Assembly: GCA_028534125.1 (NCBI GenBank)
Contig: CM052843.1
Span: 3,286,001-3,350,000 of the forward strand
From: Lama glama
Lineage: Eukaryota
Direction: 5' to 3'
DNA length: 64,000 nucleotides
Notes under the pieces: generated by a model
The model's input: the letters and a program-made list of their open reading frames with translations, nothing else
What the model was told of the DNA's origin: nothing
The model's database searches: none
Shown here: positions 12,601-25,772 of the stretch, in pieces
How the letters are laid out: each line of letters opens with the position of its first letter
Numbering within the stretch: the first letter of the stretch is position 1
Program-made: the position numbers and the translations under genes

Positions 12601-15600
12601 CCATCCACCCTCCTGGGGGAAAAAAAGTTTACCCTAATGGGCCAGGCAGTTTTTTAGCTAAAAGAAAAATAACTGAAATCAAGGGAGGTGCCAAGAAGAG
12701 CAAGTCTGAAATTCACTGTGAGGAACACTTGCCACAGAGGGATCAGAGAATCTGAAGAGGTAAGATTTCAAGGTGCAAAGCCAGAGCAGAGATGTCTGCC
12801 TGCCACACCTTTTGCCTCACATCCAAGGCTTAGCCATGTCTCATTTCTGTTGAGAAGGGACGGCCAATGGCCCTGGCCATTCATGCCTCAGTAGCATGTC
12901 ACCCTGGCCAGATCACCCGCAGGACACGTGCACCGTGACTGTTCATCCTATTGCTAACTCCACCCAAATCATGGACGGTGGCTTTCCTTATGTCTTTAAT
13001 ATCTACTGTCAGGAGAATAGGGATGATAGCATACGATGGGTTGACAGAGTTTAAGATGAAGGTCTTTGAATACAGGCTCAACTCAAACAGGCTAAGTCAA
13101 CACTTTTCTTACTCCCTTGTGACATGTACCCCTAACTAATCCAGTGGGCACCACTACCTTTGGGAATGTGTCTCCCAAGTTCTTGTTTGTCCTCTAGCTG
13201 GCAGTTAGTCCAAATGATGATACGAAAAAGAGATCGAAGCGTGATTGATATGGGGGAATATCCAGGTGAAGGATTTCATCAGGAAAGAAACAAAAAGCTT
13301 CAAAAAGAGGAAAACGTTTTCAGCCTTGTTCATAAAGAAAGACCAAGAACAGTGATTAGAATGCTTCATGCGTTCCAGGTTTTCAGTGGTGTGTCAGAAT
13401 GCCTGCTTTGAGTTCTCTTCAACTACGGCATTGGATTTGCAGTCCAGACCCTTTCCATTGTGCACAGAAATTCAATAGTCTGTAAACCCAGGCGACTCAG
13501 TGCATAGTTGAGTGTTTTGTTAAATACTGAAAGATGTATTACAATATAGTACTCAGGTTGCATGCCTAAGTCTTAACACGATCCAGCTAGGTAATTCTAC
13601 TGTGGATTCTTACTAGTTTTTGCCTGACTTGATTGTGTGTAGTCAGCAAAAGCAAAAGTAATTACAAGTAGAATTCGAAAGAGCTCAAATTCTCTTTAAT
13701 GTATTTAAGTGTTGGTCTTGTCTACAGTTTCCTTTGGGAACTGATATAGCTCTGTACTTTCAAACCTCAGCCTGATAAAAGTACAGATTCCTGGGCTCTT
13801 CCCCAGATAACCTACATCAGCATTTTTAGCAAGCACCTTACGTCTTTGGATGTAAGTCAAAAACTTTGCTTTGGAAAACACTGACTAGCCTCTCTAAGGC
13901 TCCTGAACATAGCTGACAGCCTATGACATCCTCAAGGGTACACGGGCACCTTTCTCCTCTGTTTTCTCTTATACACGTGGGGAGAGTTCATTGATGCTTT
14001 TGAGTTAGCAGGGTACTGAGCACTCACTCTTCTGTAGAATTCCATTATGCACACACTACTTTTACTATGGATTATGTTATTTAATCTAAAAGGGGATTAC
14101 AATTTTGGTCGATATGAAAAAAGTAAAAGAGCTTGAAAGGTAAATGTCTTATTTGTGAAGTTTTTAATAGTTTTATCAAAAAAATATATTTACCTCTACT
14201 GGTCTGTTAGTCTGTTCACCCACCCATAGACCCACCTACCTACATATCATATGAAATATCTAATGTATTATGGATATTAAATATATTTTTCCATAAAATA
14301 ATCTGGGAACAGTGAAGGACGATTTGAATAGTCCTTCCTCGATGTTAGCTTGTGCTCTTCCTTAACTCGGCATCCTTGGAGGTTAATTTCTAATCTCACT
14401 TCTGCCAGGAGCCTTTGCAGATCATCCCAGCTACGTGTGATTCCTCATTTGTAAACTGTTTATCTCTCCCATGGATCTCATCATAATATATTGCTTTTTT
14501 TTTTGTCTGTAGACTTTATCCTCAGTTAATTTATAGCCTTCTTGAGGGGAAAAAAAAGATTTCCTTCTTTATTCCCATAGCAAAAATCTCATTAGTGGTC
14601 AATTGATATATATTTGCTAATGGATTTACTCAGAAATGAGGATGGTAGCGGTTTGACAGTGTATGTATAATGCATCAATATAAAGTTCAATTTTAAATAT
14701 ATTCAAATCTTAATGTATAGGTACTAATGAAATATATAGCATAAATTAGCCTTGGCTAGCTTCTTATAAATCATTAAGTCCAAGTCTCTTATTTTTTACC
14801 TAAGGAAATCAGTCTTCTATAAGGCACTAAGCTACTTGGAAAAAGGAACCATTTAACTAATACATTTCATTTTGCACTTAAAGCAATAGTTTTATCTCCA
14901 CATTCTTTGTAGCAGCTGGTTCACATACCACAGGAACCCAGATGTCAGCTGCATGTATTGCTTGATGGAAATCAATTTCACTAACTGGCTATTCAGAACA
15001 AAACGAGGCACAGACAGTGGTCAGTGCACATGCCTCCCGCTTCACACATGCTCCACAGGGGTGCCACCACTTCCAGCTGTCCCACTGACACATTTTGCTG
15101 GATCTCTTTGGCTTCAGATACAATTCTTGTTTCCCATTCATTTCAGTCTCTTCGAGCAGCTGACTGAGCATGTGGATACCAGCTCTTTTTTTTGGTTCCT
15201 ACTAGATGCACTAAATACCTAATTATTTTGTATCCTGACAATCTGTAATCATATCTGACCTTCCAAAAGAGAAGATTTATGTTTTTTGACTTTCCTTTTT
15301 GGGAACCAAGGGTGATTTGGTTCATGTGGTCTGGAGAAGAGGAAAGAGCAGACACCAGAACATGGGATTTTCTCTTGGCAAATCACTGGGAGGGACTCCC
15401 CAGTCTCCATTTGGACTGCTCAGATTGAGTGTTTCACTCACCCTCACTCATTGTTTTCCAAGTGTTAGCAACAAAATGAGATTCTAGAGATGGTATCCTT
15501 GTCTCCCATTAGCTCCCTAAGACCTAGTGACAACGCGAGAGTTGAGGGACAAAACCTGAGCATCCCCAGGCAGCAATGCTTCTAATCAGTTACTAATCAG

Positions 15601-15899
15601 CACCGTGGTTCAAAATTGTTCCCTTGGCTGTGTGATCCACCCTTGCTCCTTTATGGTGTTCCCGGAACACAGATTCACTTAGCGGAAAGATCAAACAGAA
15701 TGGATTTTAGACATTTCTGATCTCACTGTACTATTTTGCAGATAAGAAAGTTGAGACTCAGAGAAGTTATGTGTTTAAGGTGATACAATCGGATTGGATT
15801 TAGCTCTGGGACTAAAGTTGGTCTTGCTATCTCTTTGATGACAGCTGACTTTTCGTAACTGTCCTACTCTTTCACTTCTATCTGATATTTGGAGTGATT

Positions 15900-16990
15900 T
15901 CATGCCCAAGTAGATGGCCCATCTTGCATCTGAGCCTCCCAGTTTCTTAAATTCTCCATATGCAGTGACTTTCCTTCTGATTGCACTTCCATGACCCGCT
16001 CCCATGGATTTTCTCATCACCTAACTGTCACACCTCTGAAATGTCTCAGTATCTCAGTCTCTGAGTACTGCCATCACTTTTCTCTCATTCATTTCCTTTC
16101 TTCCGGTCCTTAATGGCATAGAGACTTTTATTCCCCCTGCCCCCTTTTTTTTGGGCCTCTGTTTTCTCCTTCCCAGCCCCCTCCTGTGTTTCCTTCCTTC
16201 TCTGCTCAGGTTCAGTCCCATGATTCACCTAGTTTGCAGCTCTTTTCAATAATGTTCTCAACTCTGTTTATTGTTTTTCTTTGCACTTATCTGACAAAAA
16301 TCCAACTCCAAACCTGCTGACTCTCTCCATGCTTCCGCCAAGGCTGATGAAAGCCGATGGAGAAAGTCCCACAGCTGGACTGAGGGGTGCTTCCTCAGCA
16401 GTGGTCCTCAAGGAGAACCCCATTCTGCCAGTATCAGTGTGACTTGAGAACTTGTTAGCAATGTGAAATCCCAGCCTCACTCAGCATACTCAACCAGAAA
16501 CTCTTGGAACGGGACACAAGAACTTTAACAAGTTCTTCAGGTAATTCTGATACACCTTAAAGTTTGCAAAATACTACTCTTTAATTCTTGGTCTGTAACC
16601 TCAACTGACTATGAATGCTAACTGTCAATGTTTCTGTGTTTTCCAAATTAGTGATCTTCTATGTTTTCCATACAAATCTCTTCAAATCTTGTCCAATCTC
16701 CACAAATCTGTGATAATCCCCATCTCTCCTCACTCTCTAGAGATTATCACCCTCTGGCTTAGAGTTTGTGCTTGAACTCCCTCAAGTACCTGCCACCAAA
16801 TCTCTCAGACTTCCTTCAGTTCGCTGCAGTGAAAGTGTCCTTCTCCAGGTTGAAAGCCAGCCTACACACACACTTGAGTTCTAGACTCCATTTCCATCAC
16901 CACCGGGGACTTTCCCCCTTTCTCTTCACCAAGTCCTCGCTCTCTCTCTACTGGCATCTTGCATCCAAATTCATAATTTACATTCACACA
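15900..16990 (+). mobile_element. L2 internal fragments interrupted by a MER5 element
   Basis: Pyrimidine-rich L2-like sequence on both sides of the MER5; boundaries approximate. Confidence 0.5.
16398..16580. mobile_element. MER5-family DNA transposon
   Basis: cagtggtcctcaag...gagaacttgttagcaatg...tttaacaag...aggtaattctgat...aaagtttg. Confidence 0.85.
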
Positions 16991-17004
16991 CTTGAAGATT
17001 TTGA

Positions 17005-17765
17005 GTCGAAGTGTGATAAAAAGCACTGCTGGGGTTTAAGCAAGGGAGTAGCATTATCTGAAATACAGTTTAAAAAGATTTTTATCCTTCTTGTGTGGAC
17101 AATGGATGGCATGGGCTGAAGCAAAAAAATCACTTTAGCTGTAGTGGAGATGTAACTAGCCTTGGGCTATGATGTGGAGGTAGAATTAACAGGGGAAGGT
17201 GGAGCAAATCAAAGGTATCCTAGTCCTTTTGGTTTTAACGACTGTGTCAGTGATGATGTTGTTTACCAGAATGAGGAAGACTGGAAAGGAATAAGATGGC
17301 TGGAAAAAAATCAAGCATGTTTCTAGTCTGTTAAGTTTCAGTTGTTTTTTGGAGATCTGTGAAGAGATAGGCATCTAAATACCTGAGTCTAGAATTTCAG
17401 GAAGAGATCAGGAATAGAAATCTAGATTTAGGAATCTCTGACTTACAGATAATCCTCAAAGCTCGGATTTTTGATGAGGCCGCCCTGGGAAAGTGTGCAG
17501 ACAGAGAAGGTGACCTGTGACAAAGCCCTGGGCTACCCCATTATTTAAAATGCGAGCTGTGGAGGGAGGCTTCTAGCACAGGTCCCCGAGAATGAGCGAC
17601 TGGTATTCTGAGAAATTCTCCTAACCCATTGTTGGCCAGATTCTGCTGAGAGGTAAATTAAAATGAGAACAGAGAGGTAATCATTGGAAACGGCAACACG
17701 GAGGCCTCCAGAGGGCTCCGGGAAGGCGACAGCAGAGGTCTGATTATCACGAGTGGAGGAAATGA
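17005..17765 (-). mobile_element. L2 fragment
   Basis: ggggtttaagcaagggag...ggaggtagaattaacagg...gagtctagaatttcaggaagagatcagg...caaagccctggg. Confidence 0.8.
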
Positions 17766-18150
17766 TGTTGTTGGGTTAAAGTCCTGCTTAAGGAGAAGCT
17801 GAGACCCCTGTGTCAGCTCATAGTTTCCAGAAATCAAAACAATTCGAAAAACAGGTCCTGAAGTCCTTCAAACCGATGCAGACTTTGGCAGAAATAATGG
17901 TGATTGTTAAAGGCTCTTATCTGAAAGGTTTAAATGCAGGTACCTTGCAACATAAACAGAGCTGGAATGTTAAAATATCAATATAAAATTCCGTAAATGA
18001 AACTATGGACAGGGTAGTTACCAGGCCAGAACAACCACCATGACAAAATGAGCTAAGTAACAATGGGTGTTAAAACAAACTGGAATCAGATTATTACCTC
18101 GGACAAGACAAGTTTAACATGATTGGTCCACAGATAGTTGAGAGTTGGCA

Positions 18151-18172
18151 ACACACACACACACACACACAC
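18151..18172. repeat. (AC)n microsatellite
   Basis: 11 AC units. Confidence 0.95.
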
Positions 18173-18919
18173 CCCTCTTCATCATTTGTATTAGTCAATC
18201 CCTTTAAGATAGTATATTTAATTTCATGGCTGATAAAATATGAGAGATAGCATCCTTATCAGCATGTAGTTGCCAGGTCCCTGGTGTGTTTATACAGGAA
18301 AGGACATCTGCAAATGAGCGGTATAATGATTATACATTGGGAAAATAAAACATGCAAAGAATCAAGTCTCAGTCAGATTCACAACTCATAGAAACCAGTT
18401 ATCAAGCAGCACAGACACTGAGGATGGTGACATGGTCACACACCAGAGGGTCATCTCAGTGAGCAGAGTGTACAAAGGACTGCTGGCCGTAGGACTGATA
18501 AAGATATCATCAGTGAGTGATGCTATCAAATAACAGAGGAGTCATGTATCTTCCAGGAAATGATCATTTGCTGCCAGGATATTATATCCACACAGAGTTC
18601 ATGTGTAATTGCACAAACACAAGACTCTTTTCATGAAGAAGCATGTGGGAAAGAGAATCTTTCACTCGGGACTATAAATATACCTAATCTCGTACATAAT
18701 ATTCCTGTTCATTCATATATTCCCTCATATTTTACATTAGCAAGAATAGACTGAGCACTTATTAGGTGCAAAGCACTGTCCAATGTTGTCTTAAATATAT
18801 GCACATATAGAAAGAAAGAAAGCAGCCCCCAGTAATTAATCTATATTTTAGAATGAATGAGTTGCTGACATGCTGGGACTGTTACCAAAAGGTGCGGGCA
18901 CCAAATGTTTGGTTCCTAC

Positions 18920-19092
18920 CAGCTCATGACCCCCATCTTCATCGAAGTCCTCCTCTATCCCATCAGTCATCTCTTCTCCATCCGCATCTGGCCCTCCTTC
19001 AGCGGGCTCCTCTGTAGAGTGATCTGCATTCTCTGACACACATTCATCTTGGATCAGCTCTATACTCTCTTCCAATTGCTTCTTCTGAGCTT
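18920..19092 (-). CDS. RALYL: RALYL penultimate acidic coding exon (173 nt; EAQKKQLEESIELIQDECVSENADHSTEEPAEGGPDADGEEMTDGIEEDFDEDGGHEL)
   Basis: gctttctcccccccag|AA GCT CAG AAG...CAT GAG CTG|gtagga; overlaps ORF 18848..19075; matches the recalled RALYL acidic C-terminus. The terminal FLQIK* exon was not found and is presumably left of the window. Confidence 0.96.
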
Positions 19093-20391
19093 CTGGGGGG
19101 GAGAAAGCAAATGACTACTACCTTGGGTTACTCAGGAGCCATTTGGATAAACCATGAAAAAACAGTCTACGAAAGGGTAAATACTATACTATTAAGGGTG
19201 GGAGGAAGATAAAGGAATGTTATGTTAGTGTCGAATTTATTCAATCGTGTAAATTATGTGCATATATCTGTGTATTTACATGTAAGCATATTATTTTTGA
19301 ATGGAGTTAGCGAAAACTGGGGAATCCAGATGGTACTTGCATATAAAAAAATAATGATTTACATAAACAGAGTGATCTCTCTGGCTGTATATAGTCCTTT
19401 CTGATAAAGATGTTCTCTCTGAGGAGAAGGTATAGCAAAACAAAAAAAAAAGGGTAAAATTCAGATAAAACAGAACTTGTTCACAACTCAAGGAGGATGA
19501 AGAAAGCTCACTGACAAGTTCAAAATAAGTGAAAAAGACAAAAACTCAGGGAGGAAAAAAGTACAAAAGCAGATATGTTATCTATTAGACAACAGGTCCA
19601 CGTGAACAATTCTTTGGAATTCTTGTCTAAGTTCTGTTGGTAGACGTGGTTAACGGCAATGGTTAAAAATAAAATTCTGGTGTGAGAAAGCCCGGGGTTC
19701 AATGTCCAGCTTCATCATTTACTGGCTTCGTGATGCTGAAATGGTGACCCCCTCCTGGTGCCTCAGTTTTGTCATCCATACAATCAGGAGAGCTACATTT
19801 TAACTACCAGGCTTTGGGATAGTGAGTCAAAGTGTTTAGGATAGTGATTTGCAAATAACAAGTGCTCAACAAATGAAGCTAAATTCTACACTGGAAGAAT
19901 TTTCTCTAATACTAAGCTGTGTGTGTTCCGTTTACAGAAATTTGCCCAAATGGGAATTATGCTGACAGCTTAATAATTATTTCCCCTAGTGGCTCATTTT
20001 CATCTCCTGTGAAAATACCAAGAAGCACTGGGTATTGAACAAATCAGATAATCTTATGCACCACCTTGACTTATTCCCACGTGTACAAGGCTACCTCAAA
20101 AGGTGGATGGTTTTCACTCATTTGATTATTGTTATTTTATCAGATGACTATCCCATTATTTGATTTGAGTTTTAAAAGATGTTACACTTTGAGCTTATTT
20201 ATTTATATTATATAGCAAAAAGGAAAGTTTATGGAGTCAAAAGATTTGGAGGTTTTCATTCCTAGTCTTTTTCATAAAGTGAGTTAAAAGGAAAACAAGC
20301 GTTCTTATACACAGTTTTACTCAGCAAAATCTTTTCGAACACAACTAATATGTAAATCAATAAACCAATGAAAGTCATGTATAAGTAAGCA

Positions 20392-20770
20392 GAACACTGT
20401 ATCTTTTGAAGTCTGCTGACTCCTCAAGTCAGAATGACCAGTGACCACAACATTTCCTTTGTGAGCAAAGTGAGTCAGTTTGAGATTTTTTTTTTAAAGA
20501 ATATAAAAGGAACCAAAAAGCTAGCAGTTTGTGCCTAAAAGATATCTCTAATGTTATATAAATCATGAATTTCAACAGAGAAAAAGGGTTCTTTTGGCTT
20601 CAAGTTATTGAGTGTTCACAAAGTGTTGACTGTGCGATATTTGGTAATTTTAGACCTTGAAACATCCTATAGGGCAGGCTTCACAGAGAGAGAAATTGAA
20701 GCATTATATGTTCAGTGAGGTACCCACAGTTACTAAGGACAAGAGTTGGAATTCCCACCTAAGGTTTTCT
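20392..20770 (+). repeat. Local duplication copy A (paralogous to 25392-25772)
   Basis: Collinear match, e.g. aaaaggaaccaaaaagctagcag and atctctaatgttatataaat identical in both copies. Confidence 0.95.
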
Positions 20771-20813
20771 TCCATAAGTCGTTTAAATTGTAGTAAGTTA
20801 CTTATATAAATAG

Positions 20814-20999
20814 NNNNNNNNNNNNNNNNNNNNNNNNNNNNNNNNNNNNNNNNNNNNNNNNNNNNNNNNNNNNNNNNNNNNNNNNNNNNNNNNNNNNNNN
20901 NNNNNNNNNNNNNNNNNNNNNNNNNNNNNNNNNNNNNNNNNNNNNNNNNNNNNNNNNNNNNNNNNNNNNNNNNNNNNNNNNNNNNNNNNNNNNNNNNNN
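20814..20999. other. Assembly gap
   Basis: N run. Confidence 0.99.
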
Positions 21000-21007
21000 T
21001 TAGAGAA

Positions 21008-21170
21008 CATTTTATTGCTAAAAAATGATAACCCTCATCTGAGCCTTCAGTGAGTCATCATCTTTTTTGCTGGAATAGGATTTGAAATGTTGTGAGAATT
21101 ATCAAGATGTGACAGAGAGACAGACGTGAAATGAGCCAATGCTGCTGGAAAAATGCCGCCGATGACTCTA
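21008..21170. mobile_element. Internally deleted Tigger1-derived DNA transposon fragment
   Basis: ttttattgctaaaaaatg...catctgagccttcag...tgtgagaattatcaagatgtgacagagagac...gctggaaaaatg. Confidence 0.8.
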
Positions 21171-22204
21171 AATCTATTCTTGCATTTCAATTCTTCAAAT
21201 AATAAAGTTTGTGTATTAAAAATAAGACAGAAGTATGGGGTTGTGCCCTGGCCCTGCTGCAGAGGACAGGACTCTGGTTCCAGCTTAGTTACTCACCAGT
21301 GGAGTTACACGCACTGGATCGAGTCTGTTTTGGCTACTTGGACAGGTCATTTAAACATATTAAGTCAACTTTTCCTCGTCTACAAAAAAGCTTTCAAAAT
21401 AATATGTACATTATGAGGATGAGTTAACTTTATATTTGGGAAACATTTTGCAGACTACGAAGCCCTACACAAATGTATACTGTTAAATACAAAAGGGTAC
21501 CCTCTTCCTTGTGAATAACTCAAAACATCAGCAAAACAACAACAAGCCTGAAACAAGAGGCCTCATAAGATCAGAGAATAATAGTAAAACAACTTGTGGG
21601 GCTGAGGCTGTTCAGAGAAAGAGTTGGTAGATCCAACCAAGGCTAAAAATAATTACTTCAGGCATCTCAGAAACGACACAACCCTGGCACTTTCTCTTCG
21701 CATTTACTTCGCGTGTACAGACAGACTGTATATTCCTTGATGTCTTTCTATCAACTTATTAACTTCAAGTTATGAGAACATAACTAATGCAGGGATGATG
21801 TAAATTCTGCTTTTAAAGCTATACTTTATCTTCATATGCATATCCGAGTGTCCTGATGGAAGCACGTGGTGTCAATTCCCCTTTTTCTCTGATGTCTACA
21901 TAACTCTGACCATAGAAAGTTTTATGATGACTGCAGAATGGCTACTGTAAAACTTAACCAAGATTTTTTTCTAAATCTAGAAAATGATCATCCAAATTAA
22001 ATGGGGAAATAGTGAGTTAAGGGGGAATAAGGTTTAATCCAGAAAAGATGACCCAATTATCTGGATTAAAAGGAAAGCAAAGCAGGCAAGAGATAAAACC
22101 AAAAACATTCTGAACTTAACTAGGTTTCAGTCATCTCATCAGCCTTCACATATCATTGCTCTTTACAATTCTAGACCTTTAACTGAGGCTGATCAACCTA
22201 CACA

Positions 22205-22950
22205 CATATGAACCAGCCATCCCTCTCCTGGGCATATATTTGGAGAAGATAAAAACTCTAATTCAAAAAGATACATGNNNNNNNNNNNNNNNNNNNNNNN
22301 NNNNNNNNNNNNNNNNNNNNNNNNNNNNNNNNNNNNNNNNNNNNNNNNNNNNNNNNNNNNNNNNNNNNNNNNNNNNNNNNNNNNNNNNNNNNNNNNNNNN
22401 NNNNNNNNNNNNNNNNNNNNNNNNNNNNNNNNTTTCATTTTACATTTTAATTACTACAAAAATAAGGTTATTTCTTAACCATTTTCACATCAAATAAAGA
22501 GTATAAAACTCTAAAAAAAAGAATGAAATAATGCCATTTGCAGCAACATGGATGGACCTAGAAATCATCATACTAAGTGAAGTAAATCAAACACAAATAT
22601 TGTATGATGCCATTTATACGTGGGATCCAAAAAATAATATGAATGAATTTATTTACAAAACAGAAACTGACTCATGGACCCAGAAAACAAACTTATGGGT
22701 ACCAAAGAGGGAAGAGGGGGGAAGGATAAATTAGAAATATGGTATTAACAGACACACATAAGTAAAATGGATGAACAATAAAGAGTTACTGATAGCACAC
22801 TGAACTATAGTTAAATCTTCTAATAACCTATTATGGAAAAGAATAAAAAAATTTCATATATATATACACACATATATATATGAATCGCTTTGTTGTACAC
22901 CTGAAACTAACACAATATTGTAAATCAACTATACGTCAACAAGAGTTACA
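22205..22950 (+). mobile_element. L1 ORF2 C-terminus/3' UTR, split by a gap and a short non-matching segment
   Basis: ctcctgggcatata...caaaaagatacatg; MPFAATWMDLEIIILSEV; 3' UTR ending cacaatattgtaaatcaactatac. Confidence 0.9.
22278..22432. other. Assembly gap within an L1 region
   Basis: N run. Confidence 0.99.
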
Positions 22951-24779
22951 AAAAACAAGCTGTGATGGGCAGACGAGTTTGAACGCTAAAAAAGTCTGGA
23001 ATCCTCCGACATTAATCACACCTTAAGCTCTACTCTGTTGTCTCTGTGGTTTTGATCCTGTGGACCACACAATGGATTTGGCTACTCTGGTTTGATCTTC
23101 TACTCTTTCTCCTAAGAAAGATTTCTGTACTTATCACCTGACCCCCTCACTTCTAGCCCCTCTGGGTCACCATGTTGCTTGTTCAAAGGCCCTGGCTCTC
23201 AAGTCCTGGTATCAGTATTTTAAGAAAGAGAAAGGAAGGGAAATTTGGAATTGGACAATTCTTATTCCATAAAATATGTCCCAAATTTTACAACTTTTCC
23301 TAAAGCCAGCCGTTCTCAATTTTGGGTCATTGTGTTTATTCTTTTGTTATAATACATAAATGGACTTCTGTTTAAATTCATACTATATTGGAAATCCACT
23401 TGGTCTGGCACATCTGCTTCTCTAATGAGTTCAGAAATATTTGTTCTCTGAGAATCATCACTTTTTGATGTTGAAAGTAATAATCTTTCTTTCTTTTTTT
23501 TTTCTCTAGAGAATCTCTGGTCAAAAAACTGTGGTGGATTTTTCAGAAAATCCAGTAGGACCACATCTCAGAGATGCGTAGTCCTCATTTGGCTTTGTGT
23601 TACTGATTTGTTTGAGTTATCCTTGGAACCCAAGCTGACTTTCCTCATCTTCTTAGCTGTGTACAATCCCTCCTCCTTTGGTCAACCAAAGCCCAGAGTA
23701 CGCAGTTCCCCTGCTGTCTTGACCTCTTCTCATTAGTGTTTAAGCCTCCTTGAAACTTGAGCTATTGCCTCAGAATGTCACTGTCACACTCTAAGGGGAT
23801 AATGCTGATCTATACAAGCCAGATTGTACACAAGTCAGTTATCAAGAAGTATTTTAATGTGCTCTGTTCTCCTCACTGAACGCCTTACATGTAGAAGAGA
23901 TACAGTTATTAGAATACAGGACATGAGGTCCACACTTTTGCTAGTTACTGGTTCTATTAACTGTAACTTTCTTTTCTAAAAGATGCGTATAAAAATAACA
24001 TCTTTCAGAGGGCTGCTGTATGCTCAGAGGGTGAAAAGGAGATGAATGTGTTTTTTAAAGTATAAAAGCCACACAAACATGTTAACATAAGAGGCTCAAA
24101 ATAGTTATTGACTTAAATCTGTTTTGATTACTTGATTACTATAGATAAATTGTCCATGTCAAAATAATTCTTCACTACTGATCATTAGGAATCATATATT
24201 TTGAAGACAATTTTGGCTTTGATGTGGTTCCTTAATTTCTGTTTAAACAGACATAGTATTTTAAGTTACTCTCTGTTTTTTGTATCAATGTACAACATAC
24301 CTATAATTCTTTGGGTGACCTTTATTTCAAAGGCAGTTGTGTGTATTAATATAGTTCATTGCAAAAATCCCTATAACATCCTCATTTATCTATTCATTAA
24401 TTTGGAAGATAAATGCATGGAAGACATTATTGGGGTTGAGAAAAAAAAAGGCTTTAATTACAATGGCAATTGATTCAAAGGATTTTAACAGAAATACAAT
24501 CAGCCTGTGCTTTAGTAACATGGTCATCAAAGATTTTTGTTATTACCTCAATAGGAAAGTAAGTTCCATGAATAAAACCACACATAAAAGCACATCTTGT
24601 TAAGCTGCTGGTTCACAGTTTAACAAGCAGTTATCCGATTATGATCTTGTTGAAATAGAAAGAAACAGAGAGACTTATTCTATTTTTATGAATAACTATC
24701 TAATTTTACTACTAGAAATGAGTAATATTTTAAAGTTTATTTCTTAACCTTATAACAGTCTCTTTACCGGCATAATTCT

Positions 24780-24923
24780 TTTTTTAAAGACACTAAATTT
24801 TGGGGGAGGGGGTGGTAGGTAATTAGGTTTATTTATTTATTTTAACTGGGGTACTGGGGATTGAACCCAGGACCTTGTGCATGCTAAGCATGCACTCTAC
24901 CATTGAGCTATACCCTCTCCCCC
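24780..24923 (-). mobile_element. Camelid tRNA-Ala-derived SINE with 9-bp TSD
   Basis: ggggtactggggattgaacccaggaccttgtgcatgctaagcatgcactctaccattgagctataccc; TSD cataattct at 24771-24779 and 24924-24932. Confidence 0.93.
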
Positions 24924-25391
24924 CATAATTCTCTTTCTACTTATCATTTTTACTTTTTATTGTGAGCGAGTATATGTGTGTATGTGCATTTATGTCTCTA
25001 TGACTAAAGCTTCTTTGGGATAGAAACCTTTTACTCACTGTTGTATCCTTGGAGGCTAACTCAGAGGCTTACATGCAAATCAAATATTTGCTGAATATAT
25101 TCATGAATTTTTGTAGAACTAAAGAATGAAAATAAATGTCTGGGTGTCAAAGTCCCACCACAGAGTCAAAGTGATTTCTGAATTTGGCACCATCGTAGCA
25201 AAAATATAAATCCAAAGCGAAGCTCAAAGAAACTTCCGTGTATAGAACAGTCCCACACCACTAAGGCAAAGTCAGTTGTGGGGTCTGAGAGTTTCTTCAA
25301 AGGAAAATGTCCGTGTGTACGAGTATACAAGTCTCCTGGAGAAACATAACATGTGAAATCTTCAAGTGCTCGTGGGCGGAGGGCAATCGTC

Positions 25392-25772
25392 GAACACTGA
25401 CATCTTTTGCAGTCTGCTGACTTTTTAAGTCACAGTGAGGGGTGACCACAACATCTCTTTTGTGAGCAAAGTGAGTTAGTGAGATTTTTTTAAAAAAGAA
25501 TAAAAAGGAACCAAAAAGCTAGCAGCTTGTGCCTAAAAGGTATCTCTAATGTTATATAAATGATGAATTTCAACAGGGGAAAAAGGGGTTCTTTTGGCTG
25601 CCAGTTACCGAGTGTTTACGAAGTGCTGACTGTGCGATGTTCAGTACCTTTAGACCTCGAAACATCCCATGGGGCAGGCTTATTTCTCATTTCACAGAGG
25701 GAGAAATCGAGGCATCATAAGTTGAGTGAGGTACACTAAGTACAAGAGTTGGAATTCTCACTTAAGGTTTCC
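25392..25772 (+). repeat. Local duplication copy B (includes a MIR in its right half)
   Basis: See copy A. Confidence 0.95.

Noticed and set aside
15597-15616. TCAGCACCGTGG partial REST/RE1 motif
   Set aside because: The right half-site (GGACAG) is not matched.
20392-25392. Exactly 5,000-bp offset between the duplication starts
   Set aside because: Two estimated-length gaps lie in between and the offset drifts with indels, so it is treated as coincidence.
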